Below are positions 21,138 through 30,008 of a DNA stretch of 64,000 nucleotides, in pieces; position 1 is the first letter of the stretch, and each line of letters starts with the position of its first letter. The notes below the pieces were generated by a model, which saw only the letters and a list, made by a program, of their open reading frames with translations, searched no databases and was not told the DNA's origin. Origin of the DNA: an uncultured Cryomorphaceae bacterium (GTDB taxonomy: Bacteria > Bacteroidota > Bacteroidia > Flavobacteriales_D > Cryomorphaceae); NCBI GenBank assembly GCA_963741985.1, contig CAVUKD010000001.1:42916-106915 (forward strand), in the 5' to 3' direction. Both the position numbers and the translations under genes were made by a program.

Positions 21138-21911
21138 ATGAATGATTCTCTAAATGAAGGCAGCGTGAAGTTGCAAGTCGAAAATGGTATCGGCACCATC
21201 GAATTTCATCATCCTGCGAGCAATTCCCTTCCGGGAAAAGTACTTAAACAACTCGCAAACACTATTTATGATGCGGGCGAGAATGATAAAGTCCGTGTGA
21301 TTGTTCTTAAATCCGCCGGCGACCGGGCTTTTTGCGCCGGCGCGAGCTTCGATGAGCTTATATCTATTGAGGATGCAACAATTGGAAAATCCTTTTTTAT
21401 GGGTTTTGCCAACGTGATAAATGCAATACGTAAAGTGCCGAAATTTGTAATAGGCCGGGTTCAGGGGAAGGCCGTGGGAGGTGGTGTAGGTTTAGCTTCG
21501 GCGGTAGACTACTGTCTTGCGACCAAACTTGCATCTGTAAAGCTCAGCGAACTCGCAATTGGAATTGGACCATTTGTAGTGGGGCCAGCGGTGGAAAGAA
21601 AAATTGGAAAATCGGCTATGACCGGAATGACAATAGACGCGACGAGCTGGCAAACAGCAGAATGGGCCAGAGAAAAAGGAATGTATATGGCGATTTATGA
21701 AAATGTTGAGACGCTTGATGTTGCAGTGATGGAATTGGCGTCAACCCTTTCAAGAAGCAACCCTGAGGCAATGCGCGAATTGAAAAAAACCTTTTGGTCC
21801 GATGCAAATCATTGGGATACACTGCTCACCGAACGCGCTGAGTACAGCGGAAAACTTGTACTTAGTGATTTTACCCGTAAGGCAATTGAGAAGTTTAAGT
21901 CAAAATCTTAA
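21138..21911 (+). CDS. Enoyl-CoA hydratase/isomerase family protein
   Basis: AFCAGASFDEL and VQGKAVGGGVGLASAVD crotonase motifs. Confidence 0.88.
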   Translation: MNDSLNEGSVKLQVENGIGTIEFHHPASNSLPGKVLKQLANTIYDAGENDKVRVIVLKSAGDRAFCAGASFDELISIEDATIGKSFFMGFANVINAIRKVPKFVIGRVQGKAVGGGVGLASAVDYCLATKLASVKLSELAIGIGPFVVGPAVERKIGKSAMTGMTIDATSWQTAEWAREKGMYMAIYENVETLDVAVMELASTLSRSNPEAMRELKKTFWSDANHWDTLLTERAEYSGKLVLSDFTRKAIEKFKSKS

Positions 21912-22000
21912 GCTTTCTAAAACTCAATTGTCGTTTCTTTTTTTGGCAATACTAACTTTTTACAAAAACGGACGTATCGATAGGCACATATACCCCGACT

Positions 22001-24193
22001 GTGTCACATATAATATCGAAAATAACCTTCAAGATTTTTACAATTGTACTTGCAGCAATGCTATGTCTGGCGTCTTACTTCACGCTGGTGATGTACAATC
22101 AAGCCGTAGAAAATGCTGAGAAATCAGAATTGCAAAAATTAAAAAGTATTGCTTCCACATATGCTATTGATTTTGAATCGGATCCATTTTTTCAACATGC
22201 GATTTCCTCGGATCAAAACGTAGTATCGGATTATCAAACGTTCAGCAGAAAGCTCGAAAACACCTTATACAGAACCAATAAGATTAACGAACTTCAAATT
22301 GGTGTTTCGGTTTTGTTGGTAAATCCACTTTCCAAATCTCTCGACTGGATCGGATCGACTGGAAAGTACAAATCCAAATATTTAGAGAAAATTGGAGTAG
22401 ATGTTCTCAGAAATCCACAGGCAACTCCAATTTCTATTGGATTGACCGAAGACTCAAATGATGATCATATTTTATATGCCTACCCCATTTCTCTCACTTC
22501 CGATGTACCTTACAGAGGATATATCGTTGTGGAAGATAAAATAAGCCAACAGATCGGAAATGCAACGAAAACTCTTTATAACCAGGCAAGTATTACTTTT
22601 TTAACGATTTGCTTTATCGGGTTTATAGGATTCAGATCATTAAAGCGGGTTCTTAAGCATGAAACGATTGCTAAAAAGAAGCTAAAAGAGTACATAGATC
22701 TTGCGGAAGCACGATACAATGAATTAGAGACGCTTACCACTGTACTCAGCAAAAGCGAAAATCTGATTCTACTCACCGATAGCGAGGGTAAAATAGAATG
22801 GTTGAACGAAGTTTACACCAAGAAAAACAACTATAGCGAAACGGAATTGGAAAGTTTTGTAGGCAAGGAACTAGCCGAAGTAAGTCATTATCCAAAAATC
22901 AAGAATGTAATTCAGGAAGTGTATGTAACACGTAAAAAAGTTGAATATGAAGCGAAGAGTTACGACAGTAATAAAAATGAATTTTGGGCAAGCACGACCG
23001 TTACGCCTATTATAAATGATGCAGGTGAAATCGAAAAACTATTATTTATTGACGCAGATATTACGCGACTGAAAAGGGCGGAGAAGGAAATTGCGAAATT
23101 GGCAAACTTCACACAAGAGAATACCCGGCCTGTGATCCGTATTCAAGCTGATGGTACCATTCTTTATGGCAATGATTCAGGTAAAATCATTTTACAACAG
23201 TGGAATGCCGAGGTAAATCAAAAAATAAAACGCAAAACAGTGCTGCTTACGCTTGACAAAGCAATGGAAAATGGCAAGGAACAAACTCTTAATCTGGCTT
23301 GTGGCAGTAGATTGTACCGGCTGCAATTTATTCCCGTGTTGGACAAAGAATACGTAAACGTATACGGAGAAGATATTACTGAAGTGCAAATGGCCGAAAA
23401 AGCCTCACGCGCCCACCTTCACAAGATTGAGCAACATAATCTCAATATTACAGACAGCATCAATTATGCCCGGCGTATTCAGGAAGCAATCCTTCCCGAT
23501 GAAGACCATATTCGCCGTTTTTTTAAGAATTCATTTGCTTTAAGTAAGCCAAAGGACATTGTAAGTGGTGATTTCTTCTGGATTCATGAATTGATCCCAC
23601 AAAGTGAATACATTATCGCACTCGCCGATTGCACCGGCCATGGAGTTCCCGGCGCCATGATGTCGATCATCGGTCATAGTTTATTGAATGATATTGTTGA
23701 AAATGAAAAAGATCCTGCGCGTATGCTTGGCATACTCAATAAGGAGATTATTAAATCCTTACGGCAAAAATCACAGACCGATACGAGTGACGGAATGGAT
23801 GTAAGTATCGTACATGTAGATTTAAAAAAATTAGAAATAACTTTTTCAGGGGCGTACCATCATCTTTACTGGATGAATGGGAGTTTGAATATTCTTAAAG
23901 GTGATCGCCAGCCCATTGGAGGATTGCACCATGATAATAATCGAAATTTTACGAATCACAAATTCCAAGTACATACCGGTGATTCTTTATATCTGCTGAG
24001 CGATGGATATATTGATCAGTTTGGCGGTCCGCGAAATAAGAAATTTATGTCGCACCGACTTACAGAATTGATTGAGAAAAGTCATAAATATTCTATGCAA
24101 GCCCAATCCTTTATTTATGAAAAAACCTTTGAAGAATGGCGGGGTGGCAATGAACAAATTGACGATGTATCACTCATTGGAATAAAATTTTGA
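22001..24193 (+). CDS. Membrane sensor with PAS domains and SpoIIE/PP2C phosphatase output
   Basis: Two TM segments; PAS/PAC (ILLTDSEGKIEWLN...FWASTTVTPI); PP2C motifs DIVSGDFFW, ADCTGHGVPGA, DGMD, SDGYIDQFGG and QIDDV. Confidence 0.85.
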   Translation: MSHIISKITFKIFTIVLAAMLCLASYFTLVMYNQAVENAEKSELQKLKSIASTYAIDFESDPFFQHAISSDQNVVSDYQTFSRKLENTLYRTNKINELQIGVSVLLVNPLSKSLDWIGSTGKYKSKYLEKIGVDVLRNPQATPISIGLTEDSNDDHILYAYPISLTSDVPYRGYIVVEDKISQQIGNATKTLYNQASITFLTICFIGFIGFRSLKRVLKHETIAKKKLKEYIDLAEARYNELETLTTVLSKSENLILLTDSEGKIEWLNEVYTKKNNYSETELESFVGKELAEVSHYPKIKNVIQEVYVTRKKVEYEAKSYDSNKNEFWASTTVTPIINDAGEIEKLLFIDADITRLKRAEKEIAKLANFTQENTRPVIRIQADGTILYGNDSGKIILQQWNAEVNQKIKRKTVLLTLDKAMENGKEQTLNLACGSRLYRLQFIPVLDKEYVNVYGEDITEVQMAEKASRAHLHKIEQHNLNITDSINYARRIQEAILPDEDHIRRFFKNSFALSKPKDIVSGDFFWIHELIPQSEYIIALADCTGHGVPGAMMSIIGHSLLNDIVENEKDPARMLGILNKEIIKSLRQKSQTDTSDGMDVSIVHVDLKKLEITFSGAYHHLYWMNGSLNILKGDRQPIGGLHHDNNRNFTNHKFQVHTGDSLYLLSDGYIDQFGGPRNKKFMSHRLTELIEKSHKYSMQAQSFIYEKTFEEWRGGNEQIDDVSLIGIKF

Positions 24194-24315
24194 CGGAATC
24201 CTCCGAAAAACATCTTTTTCTGCTATACATTTCGTAATTTTCCTACCTAATAAATTTAAGATCTGAACACTACCTTTGATTTTTCTTTAAGATCAAAGTC
24301 TGAAAGCGTATTTTT

Positions 24316-26403
24316 ATGAAAACAGAAATCCTCACAAAGCTTGAGCGGCTATTAGAAACTGATAATATTTTCACGGTCCAGCAAGAATTTAAGCAGCTTG
24401 CTGCTCAATTCAGAAACCTAATAGATCATGGTATTTCGGATACTGAAGGCGATGACGAGCAGACAGATGATGAACATGACGAAGATCACTCAGCTGATAC
24501 TAAATCATCGCGAGAAGCCGATACCAAAGAGGTTGCCCCTTGGATAGAAAATAGCGCGGACAGTGCAAGTTCTCCCAAAATTGAGGCAGTATCAGATTCT
24601 GACGATGTGAAGCAAACTCTTCAAATCAAGGATAAAATTACTGATGAAAATACCGGTAAGGAAGAAAGTTCAGTATCAGAAAATGCGGAAGAAACTTTAA
24701 CGACTGACAGTTCGGCAGTTGAATCATTCACTGCTTCAGAATCTGATGAACCTACTGTTATTGAGGAATCTGAAAGCACCGACATAGAGCCGAAGAGCGG
24801 GCAGGTTGAGAAAGATACGGCCGTTGAAACCGGAAACTTTTCGAATAAGACGGTTACTGACTCTCAAACCAAGGGGAATGAATCCGAAAGTTTTGATGAG
24901 GCAAAAGCGCATTTTGAAGCTATTGTAAATAAATTCACGGTACGCCTGGAAAAAGCACGGAATGAAAAGAAAAAACTGGAAGAAGACACCATAAGTACCG
25001 CCAAGGATTTATTAGAAGAACTTCAAAAACTTGTTGAAAACGAAGAGAATATCGGTAAAGCATTCAATGGATTTAACGCAATTCAGGATAAATGGAAAAG
25101 CCTGCCGCGTGTGAGTAATGATGCCTATCGGGATTTGAATGTTGAATACAATAAATTCGCTGAGCAGTTTTTCTACAACATCAATATTTATAAGGAATTA
25201 AAAGAGCTTGACCTAAAGCATAATCTTGAGCAAAAGCTCATTGTAATCGAAGACCAAAAGAAGCTTTCTGAGCTTAATGATATTCGCCGAATGGAAGTGG
25301 AGGTACGTCTAAATCAGGATAGATGGAATGAAATAGGCCCTACTTTTAAAGAGGAATGGAACAAGATAAAAGATGAGTTCTGGAGTGTTACTAAGGTTAT
25401 TTATAAAAAGATTCAGGATTTTTACAATGATCGCAGAGAGCAACAACAAAAGAATTTTGAGCAGAAGGAGGAGTTACTAAAAAAACTCAATCAGATTCTT
25501 GCCATGAATCTAAAATCGAATAAGAAATGGCAGTCAAAAACCTCGGAGGTAATAGATTTGCAAAAGCAATGGAAAATGATTGGTTTTGTACCGAAGGAAA
25601 AAGGAAACATCTGGAAAGAATTCAGAAAAGGGTGTGATATGTTTTTTGAAAGCAAGCGTCTCTTTCTTAAAGAAATAACTGATATTCAGGATGCGAACAG
25701 AGAAGCAAAACAGAAATTGCTCGACATAGCAGAGTCTATAAAAGACAGCGAAGACTTTAAAGAGACTTCTCACCAGCTTATTAATCTTCAGAAACAATGG
25801 AAGGAAATCGGTTCCGCCAATCAACGTGATGAGAACAAACTGTGGCGCAAATTCCGTCAGGCCTGCGATACCTTTTTTCAGAAAAGAAAAGGACAAAAAG
25901 AAGAAGAAATTACAGAGCAAAAGGCAAATTTGGTTGCCAAAAAGGAGCTTCTCAAGGAATTGGATAGTTTTGAGCCTGGGTCAGATCCGGGGGAGAATGT
26001 TAAAAACCTGAAATCATTTGCAGAAAAATGGAGAGCAATTGGTCATGTACCCTTTAAAGAAAAAGACCACGTAAATAAGGCATACAAAAAATTGCTTGAC
26101 TCAAAATTTGGCGCTTTAAAAATTGATAGAAAACAAAAAGAGAAAATCAGATTTGAGCAAAAGCTTGAAGATATACGCGATCGCGATGACAACGACTATC
26201 TGATCCGAAAAGAGCAGGATGCGATCCGAGCGAAAATATCGAAGCTTAAAACTGAAATAATCCAGTTCGAAAACAATATGGGGTTCTTTGCCAGCTCAAA
26301 GGAGGCCAATAAATTGAAAGAAGAAGTGGCATTAAAAGTCAATAAATTAGAAGATGAAATCACTACGCTCAAAGGAAGACTCGCACTGCTTCGTGAGGCA
26401 TAA
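24316..26403 (+). CDS. DUF349 domain-containing protein
   Basis: Repeated LQKQWK.IG.V...LW..FR.ACD.FF modules after a long acidic, low-complexity N-terminal linker. Confidence 0.85.
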   Translation: MKTEILTKLERLLETDNIFTVQQEFKQLAAQFRNLIDHGISDTEGDDEQTDDEHDEDHSADTKSSREADTKEVAPWIENSADSASSPKIEAVSDSDDVKQTLQIKDKITDENTGKEESSVSENAEETLTTDSSAVESFTASESDEPTVIEESESTDIEPKSGQVEKDTAVETGNFSNKTVTDSQTKGNESESFDEAKAHFEAIVNKFTVRLEKARNEKKKLEEDTISTAKDLLEELQKLVENEENIGKAFNGFNAIQDKWKSLPRVSNDAYRDLNVEYNKFAEQFFYNINIYKELKELDLKHNLEQKLIVIEDQKKLSELNDIRRMEVEVRLNQDRWNEIGPTFKEEWNKIKDEFWSVTKVIYKKIQDFYNDRREQQQKNFEQKEELLKKLNQILAMNLKSNKKWQSKTSEVIDLQKQWKMIGFVPKEKGNIWKEFRKGCDMFFESKRLFLKEITDIQDANREAKQKLLDIAESIKDSEDFKETSHQLINLQKQWKEIGSANQRDENKLWRKFRQACDTFFQKRKGQKEEEITEQKANLVAKKELLKELDSFEPGSDPGENVKNLKSFAEKWRAIGHVPFKEKDHVNKAYKKLLDSKFGALKIDRKQKEKIRFEQKLEDIRDRDDNDYLIRKEQDAIRAKISKLKTEIIQFENNMGFFASSKEANKLKEEVALKVNKLEDEITTLKGRLALLREA

Positions 26404-26692
26404 ATACAGAATTCCTTTTTTAGTATTTTTAGTCTGCTCCCTTACCACAGCTTGTTCAGGTGGAAACCAAGAAAAAGAAAACACTCAGGTGAGATCGATG
26501 GTTTATGAAGGCATGCCGGCTAAAGATTTAGAAAACATTCTTGGGACACCTGCGAAAATAGATTCTTCAGGCTCCGTTTTTGATGCAAATAAAGGAAAAA
26601 CAATAAAAGTTCAAAAGTGGTATTACGAAAAAAGAGTCGTCGTATTGATTGACGATACCGTTATCAAGCCTACCCTTCCCGATATCAATTGA
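26393..26692 (+). CDS. Small lipoprotein, SmpA/OmlA(BamE)-like
   Basis: GTG start at 26393 overlapping the DUF349 end; lipobox SLTTAC; GMP...L..ILGTP...KWYY pattern. Confidence 0.55.
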   Translation: MRHKYRIPFLVFLVCSLTTACSGGNQEKENTQVRSMVYEGMPAKDLENILGTPAKIDSSGSVFDANKGKTIKVQKWYYEKRVVVLIDDTVIKPTLPDIN

Positions 26693-26930
26693 GGTGAAGT
26701 AAGCTTATACTTTCGAGATGCGCCTTACTCTCAAAAATGTTATTGACTGCGCGGATATATTGAACACGCTGGTCAAAGCGATAACTGACCTCCACATAAA
26801 ATCCGAATAAATCGTATATCAAAACTTTTGAGCCAATTCCGCTGGGACGATTATTTAAATATTTGCCGTATTTGGTGAGCAATGAAGCTTTACCGTCAAA
26901 ACCAAGGAGATTAAAATCTGTAAGTGTCAT
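26685..26930 (-). CDS. Small hypothetical protein (81 aa), family recurrent in Bacteroidota
   Basis: Compact ORF with an MTL.DFN.L...K...L...G.YL...LIYDLFGFYVEV.Y pattern I recognise from Bacteroidota hypotheticals; AT-rich upstream region. Confidence 0.6.
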   Translation of the reverse strand: MTLTDFNLLGFDGKASLLTKYGKYLNNRPSGIGSKVLIYDLFGFYVEVSYRFDQRVQYIRAVNNIFESKAHLESISLLHLN

Positions 26931-27083
26931 AGCTCAGTATTTTCTACAAATCTAAAATAAATTGCGACTAATGTCAATATTTTATCGACAGAATTACATT
27001 TAATGCAAATATTTATTAAACTTATTTTCTAATATCTTCATAATCAGCCAAGATTTTTCATTTCTTTAACCAAAATATCATCA

Positions 27084-27116
27084 CTTAATAAAACCTTAAC
27101 CTTAAGCTAAGATTAT
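27084..27116 (+). promoter_or_regulatory. Three 11-bp-spaced direct repeats (CTTAAT/CTTAAC/GCTAAG), possible PhoB/OmpR-type operator
   Basis: Units start at 27084, 27095 and 27106, ~140-170 nt upstream of a phosphate transporter; function inferred. Confidence 0.35.
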
Positions 27117-27251
27117 GGAAAGTAATTTTTGTGTACCATTGCACTTTTAAAACGGATTATAACAAAACGCCCAAAAGTGCATATAGGCATTAGAGTTACT
27201 GAAATTATTTCAAATCTTAGGGTAATCACTTTTGAATTTCTGAATTAATCG

Positions 27252-28814
27252 ATGGATCCGTACCTTTTTATAGTCATTGCCTTACTTATTCTTGCAGTTG
27301 TTGATTTGATAGTGGGTGTGAGCAATGATGCCGTCAACTTTCTCAATTCGGCTATAGGATCCAAAGTTGGTTCGCGACGCACTATTTTCATCATTGCGGC
27401 TGCGGGAGTTTTTATCGGTGCAACTTTTTCGACAGGAATGATGGAAGTAGCCAGGAAAGGTATTTTTAATCCTTCTTTTTTTTCGTTTCAGGATATCATG
27501 GTCATCTTTATGGCTGTAATGTTAACCGATATACTTATCCTAGATTTATTCAACTCGCTGGGAATGCCTACCAGCACCACCGTTTCTATCGTTTTTGAAT
27601 TATTGGGTGCTTCTGTCGTTACAGGATTATTAATGATCGCGAACAGTCCCGATCACGCAGGCTTGAGCATTCTCGATTTAATCAATTATTCAAAATCCAT
27701 TGAAATTATTTCGGGAATTTTCATTTCCATTGCCGTCGCCTTTTCTGTGGGAGCAATTGTTCAATGGCTAGGCAGATTTCTTTTTACCTTCCACTACAAA
27801 AAACGATTGCGCATGTATGGTGCACCCTTTGCTGGTGTTGCCCTGTCCGTAATTGTATATTTCCTTTTGGTCAAAGGGCTTAAAAGTGCAACATTTATCT
27901 CTTCTAATTTTGCTGAGTACGTGTCGAACCATTCTCTCACGATAATAATATTCACCTTAATAACGGCGACCGGAGTGACTTTTATACTCCAAAGAGTATG
28001 GAAAATCAATCCTCTCAGGATAGTGGTTTTCACGGGTACATTTGCTCTCGCGATGGCATTTGCAGGAAATGATTTGGTCAATTTTATTGGAGTTCCAATT
28101 ACAGGTTACCAGTCTTATAATCTTTGGCATGCATCTGGATTACCGGCAAGCGAATATGGGATGTCTGCTTTGGTAGATTCCGTGAAAACTCCAGGCGTGA
28201 TGCTCTATGCTGCGGGCTTAATTATGGTGTTAACTCTTTGGTTTTCTTCAAAGGCCAAAAAAGTAACCGATACCGAACTTAAGCTGGGATCACAAGGCGA
28301 AGTGCAGGAACGATTCAGGCCCAATAGATTGTCACATGGAATTGTAAAAGCAGCGAGTCTTTTGGGAAAAGTTTTTCGAAATTTCATGCCACGCAAAACG
28401 AATGTTTATATTAATTGGCGATTCCGGCTGCTCACAATTGATGAAAAAGACAAACCAGCATTTGACCTTGTGCGAGCGAGCGTTAACTTAATGATAGCCA
28501 GTACACTTATTGCATTCGCTTCTTCAATGAAACTTCCGCTCTCCACCACCTATGTTTCTTTTATGGTGGCTATGGGTTCATCTTTGGCAGATCGTGCTTG
28601 GGGTTCAGGAAGTGCTCCTCATCGGGTGGCAGGGGTACTCAATGTGATTGCAGGATGGTTTCTCACAGCGGCTGGTGCCTTTATTGGTGCCGGATTAATT
28701 GCACTGCTTATTTATTTTGGGGGGCCTTGGATCGCAGCTGTACTCTTCGGAATTGCCATCATAGTGCTGATCAGGAGTAATCTGCCTCTACGATTAAGGA
28801 AAAAACAGATATAA
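27252..28814 (+). CDS. Inorganic phosphate transporter (PiT family)
   Basis: GVSNDAVNFLNSAIGS and AFAGNDLVNFIG PiT signature motifs; LPLSTTYVSF; multiple TM helices. Confidence 0.9.
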   Translation: MDPYLFIVIALLILAVVDLIVGVSNDAVNFLNSAIGSKVGSRRTIFIIAAAGVFIGATFSTGMMEVARKGIFNPSFFSFQDIMVIFMAVMLTDILILDLFNSLGMPTSTTVSIVFELLGASVVTGLLMIANSPDHAGLSILDLINYSKSIEIISGIFISIAVAFSVGAIVQWLGRFLFTFHYKKRLRMYGAPFAGVALSVIVYFLLVKGLKSATFISSNFAEYVSNHSLTIIIFTLITATGVTFILQRVWKINPLRIVVFTGTFALAMAFAGNDLVNFIGVPITGYQSYNLWHASGLPASEYGMSALVDSVKTPGVMLYAAGLIMVLTLWFSSKAKKVTDTELKLGSQGEVQERFRPNRLSHGIVKAASLLGKVFRNFMPRKTNVYINWRFRLLTIDEKDKPAFDLVRASVNLMIASTLIAFASSMKLPLSTTYVSFMVAMGSSLADRAWGSGSAPHRVAGVLNVIAGWFLTAAGAFIGAGLIALLIYFGGPWIAAVLFGIAIIVLIRSNLPLRLRKKQI

Positions 28815-28855
28815 AATTCCTTTTGTTTCCCATACGTACATGCCAGAGAAATATT

Positions 28856-29656
28856 TTAATTCTGGGGATTATAATATTTCAAAGCTTTAGGCATGTATGC
28901 TTCTAAATCTTTAATACGAGTTGCATCCGCAGGGTGAGTGCTCAAAAATTCAGGTGGTTTGTCTCCACCTTGTGCCGCCATGCGTTTCCAAAATTCAGGC
29001 GCAGTTCGTGGATCGTATCCAGCCATAGCCATAAATACCAAACCCATTTTATCCGCTTCGCTTTCATCCTTTCTGGAAAAAGCCAAAGCACCCAGTCCGG
29101 CACCAATTCCATAGGATTGTAATAGCAAATCGTGTGTAAGCTGCGGCTGGTCTTGCAATAAAACATCTAGTGTACTGCCCGCAGCCTGAATCCCTATTTG
29201 TTGGCTCATACGCTCATTTCCATGTCTCGCTACCGCATGGCTTACCTCATGACCCATTACTACAGCAATACCGGCCTCATCGTCGCAAATTGGGAGAATA
29301 CCCGTGTAAAATACTACGCGTCCACCGGGCATACACCATGCATTAACGGTCTGCTCATCCACAGTATGAAACGTCCATTTAAATTCGCTCGCCAATTCCT
29401 TATATCCATGTTCATTGAGGTAAGTATTCACTGCGGTTGAAATCCGCTTCCCAACTTTTTCAACTTGTTTTGCCCTTGGATCCGAAGCGGGTAATGGCGG
29501 ATGCTCTTTTAGAAATTTGGAATATTCGGTGGCACTCATTTCCGTCATTTGTGATGTCGGCAACAAATTCAATTGACGGCGCCCGGTAATAGGCACTTTA
29601 GAACATCCCATAAGGAGGAATCCAGTAAGTAATACAAGTGCGAATGTCTTCTTCAT
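28856..29656 (-). CDS. M48 family zinc metallopeptidase, lipoprotein
   Basis: Lipobox LLMGC; NAWCMPGG, GHEVSHAVARH, ESEADKMG and STHP motifs. Confidence 0.92.
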   Translation of the reverse strand: MKKTFALVLLTGFLLMGCSKVPITGRRQLNLLPTSQMTEMSATEYSKFLKEHPPLPASDPRAKQVEKVGKRISTAVNTYLNEHGYKELASEFKWTFHTVDEQTVNAWCMPGGRVVFYTGILPICDDEAGIAVVMGHEVSHAVARHGNERMSQQIGIQAAGSTLDVLLQDQPQLTHDLLLQSYGIGAGLGALAFSRKDESEADKMGLVFMAMAGYDPRTAPEFWKRMAAQGGDKPPEFLSTHPADATRIKDLEAYMPKALKYYNPQN

Positions 29657-29944
29657 CTATTGTACTTCAGCGGTTAATCCCCTATTTTGCAATGCAGAAC
29701 ATAGGGGTTTTAATTTTTCAAACTCTCCGCGCTTTACGGAGCACTTTCCATTATAATGCACGATATGGGTACATTGTTCAGCTTGAATCAAACTATGTTT
29801 ACAAACTTTGACAAGACTATCGATTACGAAGTCAAACGTATGATAATCATCATCAAAAAGAATAAGTTCTTTCTGATCTTTTAGCAATTCATCAAGTTGA
29901 ATATCAACTTCTTCCTCAATCTGAACATCCGACATTTCCATCAT
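29657..29944 (-). CDS. clpS: ATP-dependent Clp protease adaptor ClpS (short Bacteroidota type)
   Basis: LILFDDDYHTFDFVI...AEQC..IVHYNGKC.V...L...GLTAEV; stop codon directly abuts the M48 ATG. Confidence 0.88.
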   Translation of the reverse strand: MMEMSDVQIEEEVDIQLDELLKDQKELILFDDDYHTFDFVIDSLVKVCKHSLIQAEQCTHIVHYNGKCSVKRGEFEKLKPLCSALQNRGLTAEVQ

Positions 29945-29965
29945 ACCAATGAGTTATCAATTATA

Positions 29966-29973
29966 CAAAGGTA
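29966..29973 (-). promoter_or_regulatory. Housekeeping promoter -7 element (TACCTTTG) upstream of clpS
   Basis: Exact TAnnTTTG match on the minus strand, 21 nt before the clpS ATG. Confidence 0.55.
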
Positions 29974-30008
29974 AGAAACGCGAAATTGTTTGAAATAATG
30001 CCTAAAAA

